From: OCS116 cluster bacterium AG-390-I16
GTDB taxonomy: Bacteria > Pseudomonadota > Alphaproteobacteria > MED-G09
DNA: 64,000 bases
Assembly (NCBI GenBank): GCA_003279705.1
Contig: QCGZ01000004.1
Location: 1,529-65,528, forward strand
Reading direction: 5' to 3'
Every line of letters begins with the position of its first letter. The first letter of the stretch is position 1. This document shows, piece after piece, positions 9,155 through 20,226 of this stretch. The position numbers and the translations under genes were made by a program. The notes under the pieces are model-generated. The model saw only the letters and a program-made list of their open reading frames with translations. It was not told the origin of the DNA and did not search any database.

Positions 9155-10690
9155 TTAATTAGGATTATTTTTTTCTCTCTTTATAATTAATCTATTTAAA
9201 GCTGCAATATAAGCTCTTGCAGAAGCGACGAGTGTATCCGTATCAGCTCCTCTACCTACAACTGTTTTACCATCCTCATGTAAACGAACACTAACCTCAG
9301 CTTGCGCGTCAGTTCCTTGAGTTACAGCATGAACTTGATATAGCTGAAGGTTAGCATTATGAGGAAAAAGATTTTTAATTGCATTAAATATAGCATCAAC
9401 TGGACCAGAACCTTCTGATACGCTTGATATCTCTTTATTATCTATTTCAATTGATAAATCTGCAATTTGCGGTCCAAAAGTGCCAGCCTCAATTTTAAGT
9501 GAAATTAATTTTATATGATCCAAACTCGTAGAAAACTCATCATCAATAATTGCTATGATATCGTCATCAAAAATTTCCTTCTTTTTATCTGCTAAATCTT
9601 TAAATCTATAAAATGCATCATTTAATTGATTGTCAGCAAGTTCATACCCAAGTTCAAATGCTTTTTCTTTAAAAGCATGGCGACCAGAATGCTTACCCAT
9701 AACAAGAGTTGATTCACTTAAGCCAATACTCTCAGGGGTCATAATTTCATATGTTTCATTATTTTTAAGCATACCATCCTGATGAATTCCGGATTCATGT
9801 GCAAAAGCATTCTTTCCAACAATAGCTTTATTATATTGAACAGGAAACGAGGTTACTGATGAAACTAACCTAGAAGCCCTTGTAAAAAGAGTAGTATCAA
9901 CTTTAGACTCATAATTTAATATATCTTTTCTTACTTTCATTGACATAACCAATTCTTCAAGAGCAGCATTGCCTGCGCGCTCTCCAATTCCATTCATAGT
10001 ACATTCAATTTGTCTTGCTCCCGCCCTTACACCAGATAAAGAATTAGCAACTGCTAAACCAAGGTCATTATGACAATGAGTTGAAAATGTAACTTTATCA
10101 GCTGAGGGTACATTATTAATTAATGAATCAATAATTTCAAAATATTCCTCGGGAGTTGTGTAACCAACTGTATCGGGAATATTTATAGTTGAGGCTCCTG
10201 ATGAAATAGCAGTCTCGACACATTTAAAAAGAAAATCTCTATCCGTTCTAGTTGCATCCTCAGCTGACCACTGTACATCCTCTACTAGATTTCTAGCTCT
10301 TGAAACTGAACGTTGAATGGCATCAATAACCTGATCCTCATCCATTTGTAGTTTAAATTTCATGTGTATTGGACTTGTTGCTATAAATGTATGAATACGA
10401 GGGTTAACAGCATGTTTTACTGCTGCTCCTGCTCTATCAACATCTTTATCTCCAGCCCTAGCTAAACCGCAAACTTGAACGTTTTTAACAACTTTAGAAA
10501 CCTCTGACACAGACTCAAAGTCACCCTCAGAAGCAATAGGAAAACCAGCCTCAATAATATCAATGCCCATAGTATCAAAAATTTCAGCTATTTGAATTTT
10601 TTCACTCAATGACATTGAAGCCCCAGGAGATTGCTCTCCATCCCTAAGGGTCGTATCGAAAATTTTAATATAATTACTTGTTTTGATCAT
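9155..10690 (-). CDS. leuA: 2-isopropylmalate synthase
   Basis: [37 protein letters not shown] and C-terminal regulatory domain. Start at 10690 follows GGAG. Confidence 0.97.
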   Translation of the reverse strand: MIKTSNYIKIFDTTLRDGEQSPGASMSLSEKIQIAEIFDTMGIDIIEAGFPIASEGDFESVSEVSKVVKNVQVCGLARAGDKDVDRAGAAVKHAVNPRIHTFIATSPIHMKFKLQMDEDQVIDAIQRSVSRARNLVEDVQWSAEDATRTDRDFLFKCVETAISSGASTINIPDTVGYTTPEEYFEIIDSLINNVPSADKVTFSTHCHNDLGLAVANSLSGVRAGARQIECTMNGIGERAGNAALEELVMSMKVRKDILNYESKVDTTLFTRASRLVSSVTSFPVQYNKAIVGKNAFAHESGIHQDGMLKNNETYEIMTPESIGLSESTLVMGKHSGRHAFKEKAFELGYELADNQLNDAFYRFKDLADKKKEIFDDDIIAIIDDEFSTSLDHIKLISLKIEAGTFGPQIADLSIEIDNKEISSVSEGSGPVDAIFNAIKNLFPHNANLQLYQVHAVTQGTDAQAEVSVRLHEDGKTVVGRGADTDTLVASARAYIAALNRLIIKREKNNPN

Positions 10691-10762
10691 TTTTATCTCC
10701 AAAAAAATTTATTTTTGGCTTTTTTAAATTATCCCCTAAGACATCTCGCCAAAAGATTAGTC

Positions 10763-10870
10763 CTAGAGGCTAATAAGCAGAAGAGATAAAAGAACTGAAG
10801 ACAATAGGATAGTCTGAAGCAAGATTGTGCTGCTATTCAAAAACAATTTATGTTGACTATCGATGTTCAT
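10763..10870 (-). promoter_or_regulatory. Leu-rich leader peptide ORF (35 aa) upstream of leuA, putative translation-dependent attenuator
   Basis: ATG at 10870 to TAG at 10763 encodes MNIDSQHKLFLNSSTILLQTILLSSVLLSLLLISL*, with 12 Leu clustered toward the stop, about 70 nt upstream of leuA. Confidence 0.8.
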
Positions 10871-10913
10871 AAATAAGCTAATGCCTTAAATTTTTGATTG
10901 GATCAAGTAAAAA

Positions 10914-11936
<1,023 letters not shown>

Positions 11937-11959
11937 TTATAATCTCCGTATAATGAATT

Positions 11960-12475
11960 TTAATTTTTTGAACCACGAGCAATTGCAGCTAAACCAGTTC
12001 TTGATATATCGTTCAACCCTAATGGACGCAAAAGGTCAATAAATGAATTAATTTTATCCATTGCTCCTGTCAATTCAAAAACAAATGATTTATCAGTTGT
12101 ATCAACAATTTTTGCTCTATAAATTTCTACCAACCTTAAAATTTCTTCTTTATTTTGATTAGTATATAATACTTTTATTAATGCCATTTCTCTCTCTACT
12201 GAAGGTCCTTCTATAGTAAGATCTGTTACTTTATGAACTGGAACAAGTCTTTCCAAATGGTTCTTTATTTGATCAATTGTTTTTGGACTTCCTTTTGAAA
12301 CAATTGTAATTCTTGAAGTATGAGAGTCTTTATCCACTTCAGCAACAGTTAGACTTTCAATGTTATATCCCCTTCCTGAAAAAAGGCCAATTACCCTTGC
12401 TAATACACCAGCCTCATTATCTACAAGCAAAGAAAAGGTATGAGTTTCTTGAATATCTTCTTTAATTGTAATCAT
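11960..12475 (-). CDS. ilvN: Acetolactate synthase small (regulatory) subunit
   Basis: ACT domain VDNEAGVLARVIGLFSGRGYNIESLTV. Confidence 0.96.
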   Translation of the reverse strand: MITIKEDIQETHTFSLLVDNEAGVLARVIGLFSGRGYNIESLTVAEVDKDSHTSRITIVSKGSPKTIDQIKNHLERLVPVHKVTDLTIEGPSVEREMALIKVLYTNQNKEEILRLVEIYRAKIVDTTDKSFVFELTGAMDKINSFIDLLRPLGLNDISRTGLAAIARGSKN

Positions 12476-14217
12476 ATCAAAACCTTTCCTTCATCACCAA
12501 CTTCTATTGATATACCCTCATCATTCAAAAGCATCTCATTATGCCCAGCGCCAGAAGGAATCATTGGGTAACAATTTTCATCTTTATCAACTACACAATC
12601 AAAAATCACAGGTAAATCAGTATCAAGCATTTCTATAATCTTATCATCTAGTTCTTTAGGGTTTTGAGCTCGAATCCCATGGGCGCCATAGGCTTCAGCT
12701 AATTTTACAAAATCGGGAAGAGAGTCTGTATAAGAGTGAGAATATCTTCCGCCATGAAGCAGCTCTTGCCATTGTCTAACCATGCCCATGTATTGATTAT
12801 TTAGAATGAATATTTTAACCGGTAATTTATGCTGAACAGCTGTTGATAATTCTTGCATGTTCATTAAAATTGATGCTTCTCCAGCAATATCAATAACAGT
12901 TGATTTTGGGAAAGCAACTTGAGTACCTATTGCAGCAGGAAGTCCATACCCCATTGTACCCAATCCCCCAGATGTCATCCATCTATTAGGCTCATTAAAA
13001 TGATAATGTTGAGCAGCCCACATTTGATGTTGACCAACCTCAGTACTAATAAAAGTATCCTTATCTTTTGTTAATTCATATAATCGCTCAATAGCATATT
13101 GAGGTTTAATTGTTTTTTCAGATTTTATATAATTCAGAGATTTAATATCTCTCCAATTATTTATTTGATCCCACCATTTTGAGGTATCAGATTTATAACC
13201 TTTTGATCTCCACAAAATAAGCATATTTTCTAATACATGCGCACAATCACCTATTACAGAAACATCAACATCAATGGTCTTGTTAATTGAAGTAGGATCA
13301 ATATCAACATGTATTTTTTTTGAATTTGGAGAGAACGCATCTAAGCGACCAGTAACTCTGTCATCAAATCTTGCGCCAATGTTAATGATTAAATCACTAT
13401 CGTGCATAGTCATATTTGCCTCATATGTCCCATGCATGCCCAGCATACCAAGCCATTGATCATTGTTAGCAGGAAAAGCACCTAAACCCATTAATGTAGA
13501 TGTAATAGGAAAACCAGTTAAATTAACAAATTCTTTTAAAAGATGGCTGGCCTCAGGTCCAGAGTTTATAACTCCACCACCAGTATAAAAAACAGGTTTC
13601 TTTGCTTTCGACATTAATTCTACAGCCTGTTCAATTTCAAAAATTTCTGGTTTTACCTTTGGCTTATAACTTGAATGCTCAACTTCAGACATAGAACAAT
13701 ATTCTGCATCAGCAAATTGAACATCTTTAGGAATATCAATAAGAACAGGTCCAGGCCTTCCAGTAGTAGCCACCAGGAATGCTAAATGAATTGTTTTCGC
13801 CAAATCCTCAGGTCTTTTCACCAACCAATTATGTTTGGTACAAGGCCTTGTAATACCTACTGTATCACATTCTTGGAAAGCATCTGTTCCGATTAAATGA
13901 CTTGGAACCTGACCAGAAATACAAACTAACGGAATAGAGTCCATTAAGGCATCAGTTAGACCGGTAACAGCATTTGTAGCACCTGGACCAGAAGTAACAA
14001 GAACAACACCTGGTTTACCAGAAGACCTTGCATACCCCTCAGCTGCATGAACTGCGCCTTGTTCATGACGAACTAAAACATGAGCAGGAGCTTTATTACT
14101 TTTAAATAATTCATCATACAAAGGTAAAACTGCGCCTCCAGGATAACCAAAAATATGATCTACACCCTGTTCGTTTAAAGCTTTTACTATTACCTCTGCA
14201 CCAGTCATTTTAGTCAT
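12472..14217 (-). CDS. ilvB: Acetolactate synthase large subunit
   Basis: FGYPGGA, RHEQGA, TSGPGATN, SGGLGTMG, GMVRQWQ. Confidence 0.97.
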   Translation of the reverse strand: MTKMTGAEVIVKALNEQGVDHIFGYPGGAVLPLYDELFKSNKAPAHVLVRHEQGAVHAAEGYARSSGKPGVVLVTSGPGATNAVTGLTDALMDSIPLVCISGQVPSHLIGTDAFQECDTVGITRPCTKHNWLVKRPEDLAKTIHLAFLVATTGRPGPVLIDIPKDVQFADAEYCSMSEVEHSSYKPKVKPEIFEIEQAVELMSKAKKPVFYTGGGVINSGPEASHLLKEFVNLTGFPITSTLMGLGAFPANNDQWLGMLGMHGTYEANMTMHDSDLIINIGARFDDRVTGRLDAFSPNSKKIHVDIDPTSINKTIDVDVSVIGDCAHVLENMLILWRSKGYKSDTSKWWDQINNWRDIKSLNYIKSEKTIKPQYAIERLYELTKDKDTFISTEVGQHQMWAAQHYHFNEPNRWMTSGGLGTMGYGLPAAIGTQVAFPKSTVIDIAGEASILMNMQELSTAVQHKLPVKIFILNNQYMGMVRQWQELLHGGRYSHSYTDSLPDFVKLAEAYGAHGIRAQNPKELDDKIIEMLDTDLPVIFDCVVDKDENCYPMIPSGAGHNEMLLNDEGISIEVGDEGKVLI

Positions 14218-14297
14218 TTATAAATTCCTTAAATTACTTTTTTATCAATCAATCTTGCAGGAAATTAATAAATATAGCAATAAAGGTCAATATTATT

Positions 14298-15212
14298 TTA
14301 TAATTTTTTTATAATTTCGTTTATAATTTTATTTGAATATTGCGTATTTATGCTATTCCACGAAATCATCTGATTATTTATCCAAGTTATTTGCCTTTTT
14401 GCGTACTGATGAGTTTTAAACTTTATTAACTCTAAAACTCTATCAATAGTGATATCATTATTTAAAAATGAGATAATTTCATCTACACCTATCGCCCTCA
14501 TTATTGGAGAATTTTCAGAATAATTCTTATTTAATAAGTGCATCACTTCTTCAACTACACCATTTTCAAACATATAATCGACTCTTAAATCGCAATTTTT
14601 GTAAATCCACTCTCTATCAGCATCTATTTTAAAATTTATGGTTTTATAATTTATTATTTTTTCCCTCTTCATAAGCCAAAAGTCTGAAATTTTTTTATTA
14701 GTACCTTCATAAACCTCTAATGCTCTCATTATTCTTTGCTTGTCATTAGAGTTGATTTTTTCTGACGCCTTAGGATCAATGAAAGCTAATCTTTTTTGTA
14801 ATTCCTCAAGACCATTTTTTTCTAATTCATTCTCGATATTTAACCTTATTGATTTATCTATGTCTGGTATAGGTGATAATCCATCAGTAATTGCTTTAAA
14901 ATAAAACCCTGTACCACCAACAACTATTGGTACTTTTTTTCTTTTAATTACATCTTTTAGGATTTCATTTATTTCATTAATCCATTTTCCAACTGACCAG
15001 TTAATATCTCCATCTAAAAAACCATAACAGTGATGTTTAATTTTTTCTTTTTCGATGTCAGGTCTGGCTGTTAAAATAAATAAATCTCGATAAAGCTGAA
15101 TTGAATCGGCATTTACTATTTCACCATTAATTTTTTCTGCTAATTTGGAAGCTAAAGAAGATTTTCCTGTAGCAGTTGGGCCAGATAGTAAAACTATTTT
15201 TTCATTCATCAT
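14298..15212 (-). CDS. miaA: tRNA dimethylallyltransferase
   Basis: GPTATGKS, NADSIQLY, VGGTGFY, QYAKRQITW. Confidence 0.97.
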   Translation of the reverse strand: MMNEKIVLLSGPTATGKSSLASKLAEKINGEIVNADSIQLYRDLFILTARPDIEKEKIKHHCYGFLDGDINWSVGKWINEINEILKDVIKRKKVPIVVGGTGFYFKAITDGLSPIPDIDKSIRLNIENELEKNGLEELQKRLAFIDPKASEKINSNDKQRIMRALEVYEGTNKKISDFWLMKREKIINYKTINFKIDADREWIYKNCDLRVDYMFENGVVEEVMHLLNKNYSENSPIMRAIGVDEIISFLNNDITIDRVLELIKFKTHQYAKRQITWINNQMISWNSINTQYSNKIINEIIKKL

Positions 15213-15321
15213 TTATACTTTTTAGTCTTAAATTTAGTTAATAAATAATTTAAATTATTTTCAAACATTATTAGATATATGTGTTAATTAAAATTAATTA
15301 ATTTTCTTAAACGGTAAAATC

Positions 15322-16563
15322 ATGAAACTAATAAAATCATTTAAAGCCTTAAGACCAAAAAAGGGTAAAGAAAATGATGTGATAGCCCCTCCTTATGATG
15401 TACTAAATTCGGCAGAAGCAAGAGAAATGGCTAAAAACAAACCATTTAGCTTTCTACATGTGTCAAAGCCTGAAATAGATTTAGATCATAAAATTGAATT
15501 TAGTAATCCTAAAGTTTATGAAAAAGGTGCAGAAAATCTTAATAACTTAATAAAAAATAAAGTTTTGATTCAGGATGATGAAGATTGCTTGTATATTTAT
15601 GAAATAAAATTAAATGAAATATCACAGACTGGTGTAGGTTGCATAGCCTCTGTAGAGGCATATCAAAAAAATATTATAAAAAAACATGAATACACCAAAC
15701 CGGAGAAAGAAGATGACAGGGTGGAAAATATTACCAAACTTAAAGCACAGACCGGCCCTGTTCTTTTAGCATATAAAAATACCGATAAAATTTCTGAAGC
15801 AATAAATAAAGCTAAGGTTCAAAAGCCAGTATATAATGTTTTTGCTCATGATGGATCAAATCATAAAATATGGGTCGTCAATAATAAGGATCAAATTGAA
15901 AAAATGCTCAGTGAAATTAACTCTATGGAGTCCCTCTTTATTGCTGATGGACACCATAGATCAGCTGCAGCTGCTAGAGTAAAAGAAAAATTTTCAAAAA
16001 AAAATCTAAACCATGATGGTAATGAAAACTATAATTATTTTCTTGCAGTTGCTTTTCCACACTCAGAAATGACAATTCTTGATTATAATAGAATAATTAA
16101 AGGATTAAACGGGCAATCAATTAATTCTCTTATATCCAATATAGAAAAAAATTATTTTGTAAAAAAACACAGTGAAGAATTTAAACCAGTAACCAAAAAT
16201 ACTTTTGGTATGTACATAGATAAAAATTGGTATGAATTAAATGCCATTAAAGAAAATATAAATTTAACCGACCCTGTAAAGTCACTTGATGTATCTATAT
16301 TACACGATACAATTATTGAACCTTTGCTTGGCATTTATGATGAAAGAACTGACCCAAGAATAGATTTTGTTGGAGGCGCAAGAGGTCTTAAAGAACTTGA
16401 AAATAGAGTTAATAATGACAACTTTGATATTGCATTTGCTCTTTTTCCTACCCCTATTGAGGCGCTTATCGATGTAGCAGAGGCCAACAAAGTTATGCCT
16501 CCTAAGTCAACATGGTTTGAGCCAAAGTTGCTTGATGGATTGTTGTCTCACCTTATAAATTAA
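15322..16563 (+). CDS. DUF1015 family protein (ParB/Srx-like IADGHHR motif)
   Basis: PPYDV, IKKHEYT, FIADGHHRSAAA, DFVGG, MPPKSTWFEPKL are the DUF1015 signature motifs. Confidence 0.9.
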   Translation: MKLIKSFKALRPKKGKENDVIAPPYDVLNSAEAREMAKNKPFSFLHVSKPEIDLDHKIEFSNPKVYEKGAENLNNLIKNKVLIQDDEDCLYIYEIKLNEISQTGVGCIASVEAYQKNIIKKHEYTKPEKEDDRVENITKLKAQTGPVLLAYKNTDKISEAINKAKVQKPVYNVFAHDGSNHKIWVVNNKDQIEKMLSEINSMESLFIADGHHRSAAAARVKEKFSKKNLNHDGNENYNYFLAVAFPHSEMTILDYNRIIKGLNGQSINSLISNIEKNYFVKKHSEEFKPVTKNTFGMYIDKNWYELNAIKENINLTDPVKSLDVSILHDTIIEPLLGIYDERTDPRIDFVGGARGLKELENRVNNDNFDIAFALFPTPIEALIDVAEANKVMPPKSTWFEPKLLDGLLSHLIN

Positions 16564-16567
16564 GTAA

Positions 16568-18040
16568 TTATTTCTGATTAAAAGATAAAGAAACTAAAGA
16601 AACTAATCTCAACTCAGGTCTCCAAACTCTTAATAGAATTCTTTCATCACCTTCTTTTTGACGTTCTTTTAGTAAATTATAAACTTGTTCAGAACTTTGT
16701 GCTTTTACAGTTGATTGAAGAGTAACATTCCCTGATATCCTTTGATGAGTTAAGCTAATAATTACACTTCCACTTGTAATTTTTTTTGAAAAAGCCTCTG
16801 ATTCCTCATCAACAGTAATAACTGCAACACCTTTAATAGATGACGGGATCTGATTTTCCCTGCGGAAATTTTCTGTGAGATCGCCAAGACCAAGTCCTAA
16901 AATTTTATCGATATTATTTGAATCTTCCTCGTTTACTTTATTCTCATTACCTTCAAGTCTTCCAATTTTTACTTTAAGCTCAACCTCTTTACCAAAACGA
17001 ATAAGTTTAATTTTTATTTTTTTTCCAATATCAGTATTGGCTACTTTTGTAGTAAGATCTCTCATATCGTTAATTTCTTCTTTATTGAAACCAATTATAA
17101 CATCACCCTCTTCAATTCCTGCTTTATCAGCAGGTCCATCTTTTACAACTTGCTGAACTAAAGCTCCTTTTGCTTCATCCAAATCCATATCTTTAGCAAG
17201 TTCCTCGGTTACATTTTGTATCATAACCCCAAGCCAACCTCTTCTTGTTTCGCCATATTTTTTAAGTTGGTCAATAACTGGCTTTACTAAATCAGATGGT
17301 ATTGAAAAGCCTATTCCAACTGATCCGCCAGTTTGTGAGTAAATCATTGTATTTACCCCAATAACCTCACCATCCATATTAAAAAGTGGTCCGCCAGAGT
17401 TACCTTTATTTATAGGAGCATCAGTTTGAATAAAGTGATCATAAGGACCAGACCCTATATTTCTGCCTAAAGCAGAAATAATACCCGCAGTGACCGTGCC
17501 TCCTAAACCAAAAGGATTTCCGATAGCAACAACCCATTCACCAACTTTAGAATTTTCACTATCTCCAAAACTTACATAAGGAAGATCTTCCTCAGAATTA
17601 ATTTTTAATAACGCAAGATCCATGCGTGGATCTAGTCCAATTACTTCAGCATCATAAACCTCGTCATTGCTTAGGGTGATTTTTATTGTTTCAGCCTCTT
17701 CGACAACATGGTTGTTAGTTACAATAAATCCATCATCTGAAATAATAAAACCTGAACCAGCTGTTCTTTGAGGCATTCTTTTCTGAGGTTGATTTCTAAA
17801 AAAATCTCTGAATCTTTCATCGTTAAAAAAATCAAAAGGAGATCCTGGTGGACTTTGACGCATTTGTCCTGATTGATTTTCTTTCTCTTTTTGCTTCCTA
17901 ACTACTGATACATTTACAACAGAGGATGAATACTCTTCTGCAAGAGAAGTAAAATCTGGTAAAGATGAATTTGCAATAGGATTTAAGAAAATCACAAAAA
18001 GAAAAGATATTGCTATATATTTTAAAGTTAATTTTATCAT
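16568..18040 (-). CDS. degP: Periplasmic serine protease Do/DegP-HtrA family
   Basis: GSGFII, TNNHVV, IQTDAPINKGNSGGPL, followed by PDZ domains. Confidence 0.93.
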   Translation of the reverse strand: MIKLTLKYIAISFLFVIFLNPIANSSLPDFTSLAEEYSSSVVNVSVVRKQKEKENQSGQMRQSPPGSPFDFFNDERFRDFFRNQPQKRMPQRTAGSGFIISDDGFIVTNNHVVEEAETIKITLSNDEVYDAEVIGLDPRMDLALLKINSEEDLPYVSFGDSENSKVGEWVVAIGNPFGLGGTVTAGIISALGRNIGSGPYDHFIQTDAPINKGNSGGPLFNMDGEVIGVNTMIYSQTGGSVGIGFSIPSDLVKPVIDQLKKYGETRRGWLGVMIQNVTEELAKDMDLDEAKGALVQQVVKDGPADKAGIEEGDVIIGFNKEEINDMRDLTTKVANTDIGKKIKIKLIRFGKEVELKVKIGRLEGNENKVNEEDSNNIDKILGLGLGDLTENFRRENQIPSSIKGVAVITVDEESEAFSKKITSGSVIISLTHQRISGNVTLQSTVKAQSSEQVYNLLKERQKEGDERILLRVWRPELRLVSLVSLSFNQK

Positions 18041-18052
18041 TGAGTATGACTA

Positions 18053-19033
18053 TTATTCTGAGGCTAAGTCAGGGCATAAGGCATCCCTAAGCCTGCTATT
18101 ATTATTGATTAAGTTGATTAATTTTTTACTTTCATCACTTAATTTATCAGTAGAATTTGTAACGATAGATGAAGAGTTTGGATTGTTTAGAAACTTAAAA
18201 AACTCGCTATCTGGTGATAAAACAATTGTAGTTTCATCATCTAATGAGTTTTCATAAGACATCATTGATCTGTAAAATGCAAAAAAGTCTTTATCAAGTC
18301 CATAAGCTGATGCAAATATTCTATTCCTACAAGCATCACCAATACCTCTATTAATTTCGGCATCACGAGTAGCCTCTGATAATAAAACAGTTACAGTTTT
18401 TTCAGCTTCCGCTCTAATTCCTCTGGAGATTTCTTGACCCTTACCTCTAAATTCTGCTGCTTCCTGTTGTCTCTCAGTCTGCATTCTTCTATAAATTGCT
18501 TGGCTATTTGCGTCAGGTAAATCAGCTCTTTTAATTTTAACATCTACAATATTAATACCTAAATTAAGGGCTTGTTCATTTGCTCTTTCAGTTATCTTCT
18601 TCATAAGATCATCTCTATTGTCTCTTACAACTGTAACAAATTCCTCTGCACCTAAAATAGATCTCAAGCTTGAAGATACAATAGCCTGCAATCTTGAACG
18701 AGCTATTCTTTCATCCCTTACGCTAATATAAAATTGAAGAGGGTCTGAAATTCTCCATCTTGTAAAAGAGTCAACAACAAGTCTTTTTTGATCTGCTGCA
18801 ATTACTTCTTCAGCTGGAGAGTCTAAGGCTAAAATTCTTTTATCCAAATATTGAACTTGTTGGATGAATGGCATTTTAATTTTTAGTCCAGGCTCAGTTA
18901 CGGGAGCACCAACTGGTCTTCCAAACTGAAGAACGATTGCTTGACGAGTTTCATGAACAGAAAAAAAGGTATTAAAAATTAATAATACAAAGATACCAAG
19001 AAAAACTATTGAAGCAGTCTGTTTAACACTCAT
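18053..19033 (-). CDS. hflC: FtsH protease modulator HflC
   Basis: SPFH domain, DVKIKRADLP, IYRRMQTER, FFAFYRSM; adjacent to hflK. Confidence 0.95.
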   Translation of the reverse strand: MSVKQTASIVFLGIFVLLIFNTFFSVHETRQAIVLQFGRPVGAPVTEPGLKIKMPFIQQVQYLDKRILALDSPAEEVIAADQKRLVVDSFTRWRISDPLQFYISVRDERIARSRLQAIVSSSLRSILGAEEFVTVVRDNRDDLMKKITERANEQALNLGINIVDVKIKRADLPDANSQAIYRRMQTERQQEAAEFRGKGQEISRGIRAEAEKTVTVLLSEATRDAEINRGIGDACRNRIFASAYGLDKDFFAFYRSMMSYENSLDDETTIVLSPDSEFFKFLNNPNSSSIVTNSTDKLSDESKKLINLINNNSRLRDALCPDLASE

Positions 19034-20130
19034 TATCTTTTACCTTTCTTATTTATTTCATTTAAAGGTAGGTAAGGAACTACTCCTTGGCCTCCAACTG
19101 AGTCACTATCAACAATAATTTTATTCATACTTCCAAAAACCTTTTCCATTGTCTCTAAAAACATTCTTTGTCTTGTAACATCTTTAGCCTGTATATATTC
19201 AGAGTAAATTGATACAAATCTAGTAGCCTGACCTTCGGCTTCAGCTACAGTTTGTGATTGATAAGCTTCTGACTCCCTAAGAATTTTTGAAGCCTCACCT
19301 TGTGCTTCTGGAACAATTTTATTCGAATATGCATTTGCTTCATTTCTAGCTCGCTCTTGGTCAGCTCTTGCAGCCTGAACATCCCTAAATGCATCAATAA
19401 CTGCAGAAGGTGGGTCAACTTTTTGCATCTTTACTTCTCTGATCTCAATACCAGAACCATAAGAATCTAAAGTGGATTGCATAAGAGACCTAACATCATT
19501 TTCAGTTCTTTGACGGGCCCCTGTTAAAATCGGTTGAATATCAGAATTACCTACAATTTCTCTCATAGCGCTCTCAGAAACTGCCTTTATTGTTCTCTCA
19601 GGGTATTGAATTTTGAATAAAAATGAACTTGCGTCTTTGATAACCCAAAAAACAGAAAAATCTATATCAACTATATTTTCATCACCAGTAAGCATTAGAC
19701 TTTCCTCTGGGACATCTCTTAAAGATCTTGATGGATTTGAAAAGCCAGATCCAGATGGACCTCTCATTCCTATATCAATTCTATTAACAGTTGTAACTTT
19801 CGGTGTAAGTGCGGTCTCAATTGGAAAAGGAAGATGATAATGTAGCCCAGGTCCTGTTTGACTTGTAAATTTACCAAACCTAAGAACAACGCCTTGCTCA
19901 TCAGCATTAACTCTGTAAATACCACTTAAAGACCATAGCCCTAATAAAATAAGCAATACGGCTAATAGACCTTTCCAGCCTTTACCACCACCAGGTAAAA
20001 ATTTTGAGATAATTTTTTGAAGACCATTGAAAGGATTCTCAAAATCTTGTCGATTATTATTCTGACCCCATGGATTTTGATTATTACCATTCCAACCATT
20101 ATTATTCTCATTAATTATTTTTTGTTTCAT
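19033..20130 (-). CDS. hflK: FtsH protease modulator HflK
   Basis: N-terminal NPWG, GVVLRFGK, MLTGDENIVD, VIDAFRDVQAA, GVVPYLPL. Confidence 0.96.
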   Translation of the reverse strand: MKQKIINENNNGWNGNNQNPWGQNNNRQDFENPFNGLQKIISKFLPGGGKGWKGLLAVLLILLGLWSLSGIYRVNADEQGVVLRFGKFTSQTGPGLHYHLPFPIETALTPKVTTVNRIDIGMRGPSGSGFSNPSRSLRDVPEESLMLTGDENIVDIDFSVFWVIKDASSFLFKIQYPERTIKAVSESAMREIVGNSDIQPILTGARQRTENDVRSLMQSTLDSYGSGIEIREVKMQKVDPPSAVIDAFRDVQAARADQERARNEANAYSNKIVPEAQGEASKILRESEAYQSQTVAEAEGQATRFVSIYSEYIQAKDVTRQRMFLETMEKVFGSMNKIIVDSDSVGGQGVVPYLPLNEINKKGKR

Positions 20131-20226
20131 TTTTAAACTTTCTATTTACTCAATATGTCCTTATATGACATCTTGAGCCATGGAGTAAATCAAATTCAAC
20201 AACATTAACGAAATTTAATTATTTAG

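Noticed and set aside
14218-14297. Possible Ile/Leu/Val leader peptide upstream of ilvB
   Set aside because: No short ORF rich in branched-chain codons was found in the 80-bp gap; only a plausible sigma70 promoter (TTGACC...TAATTT).
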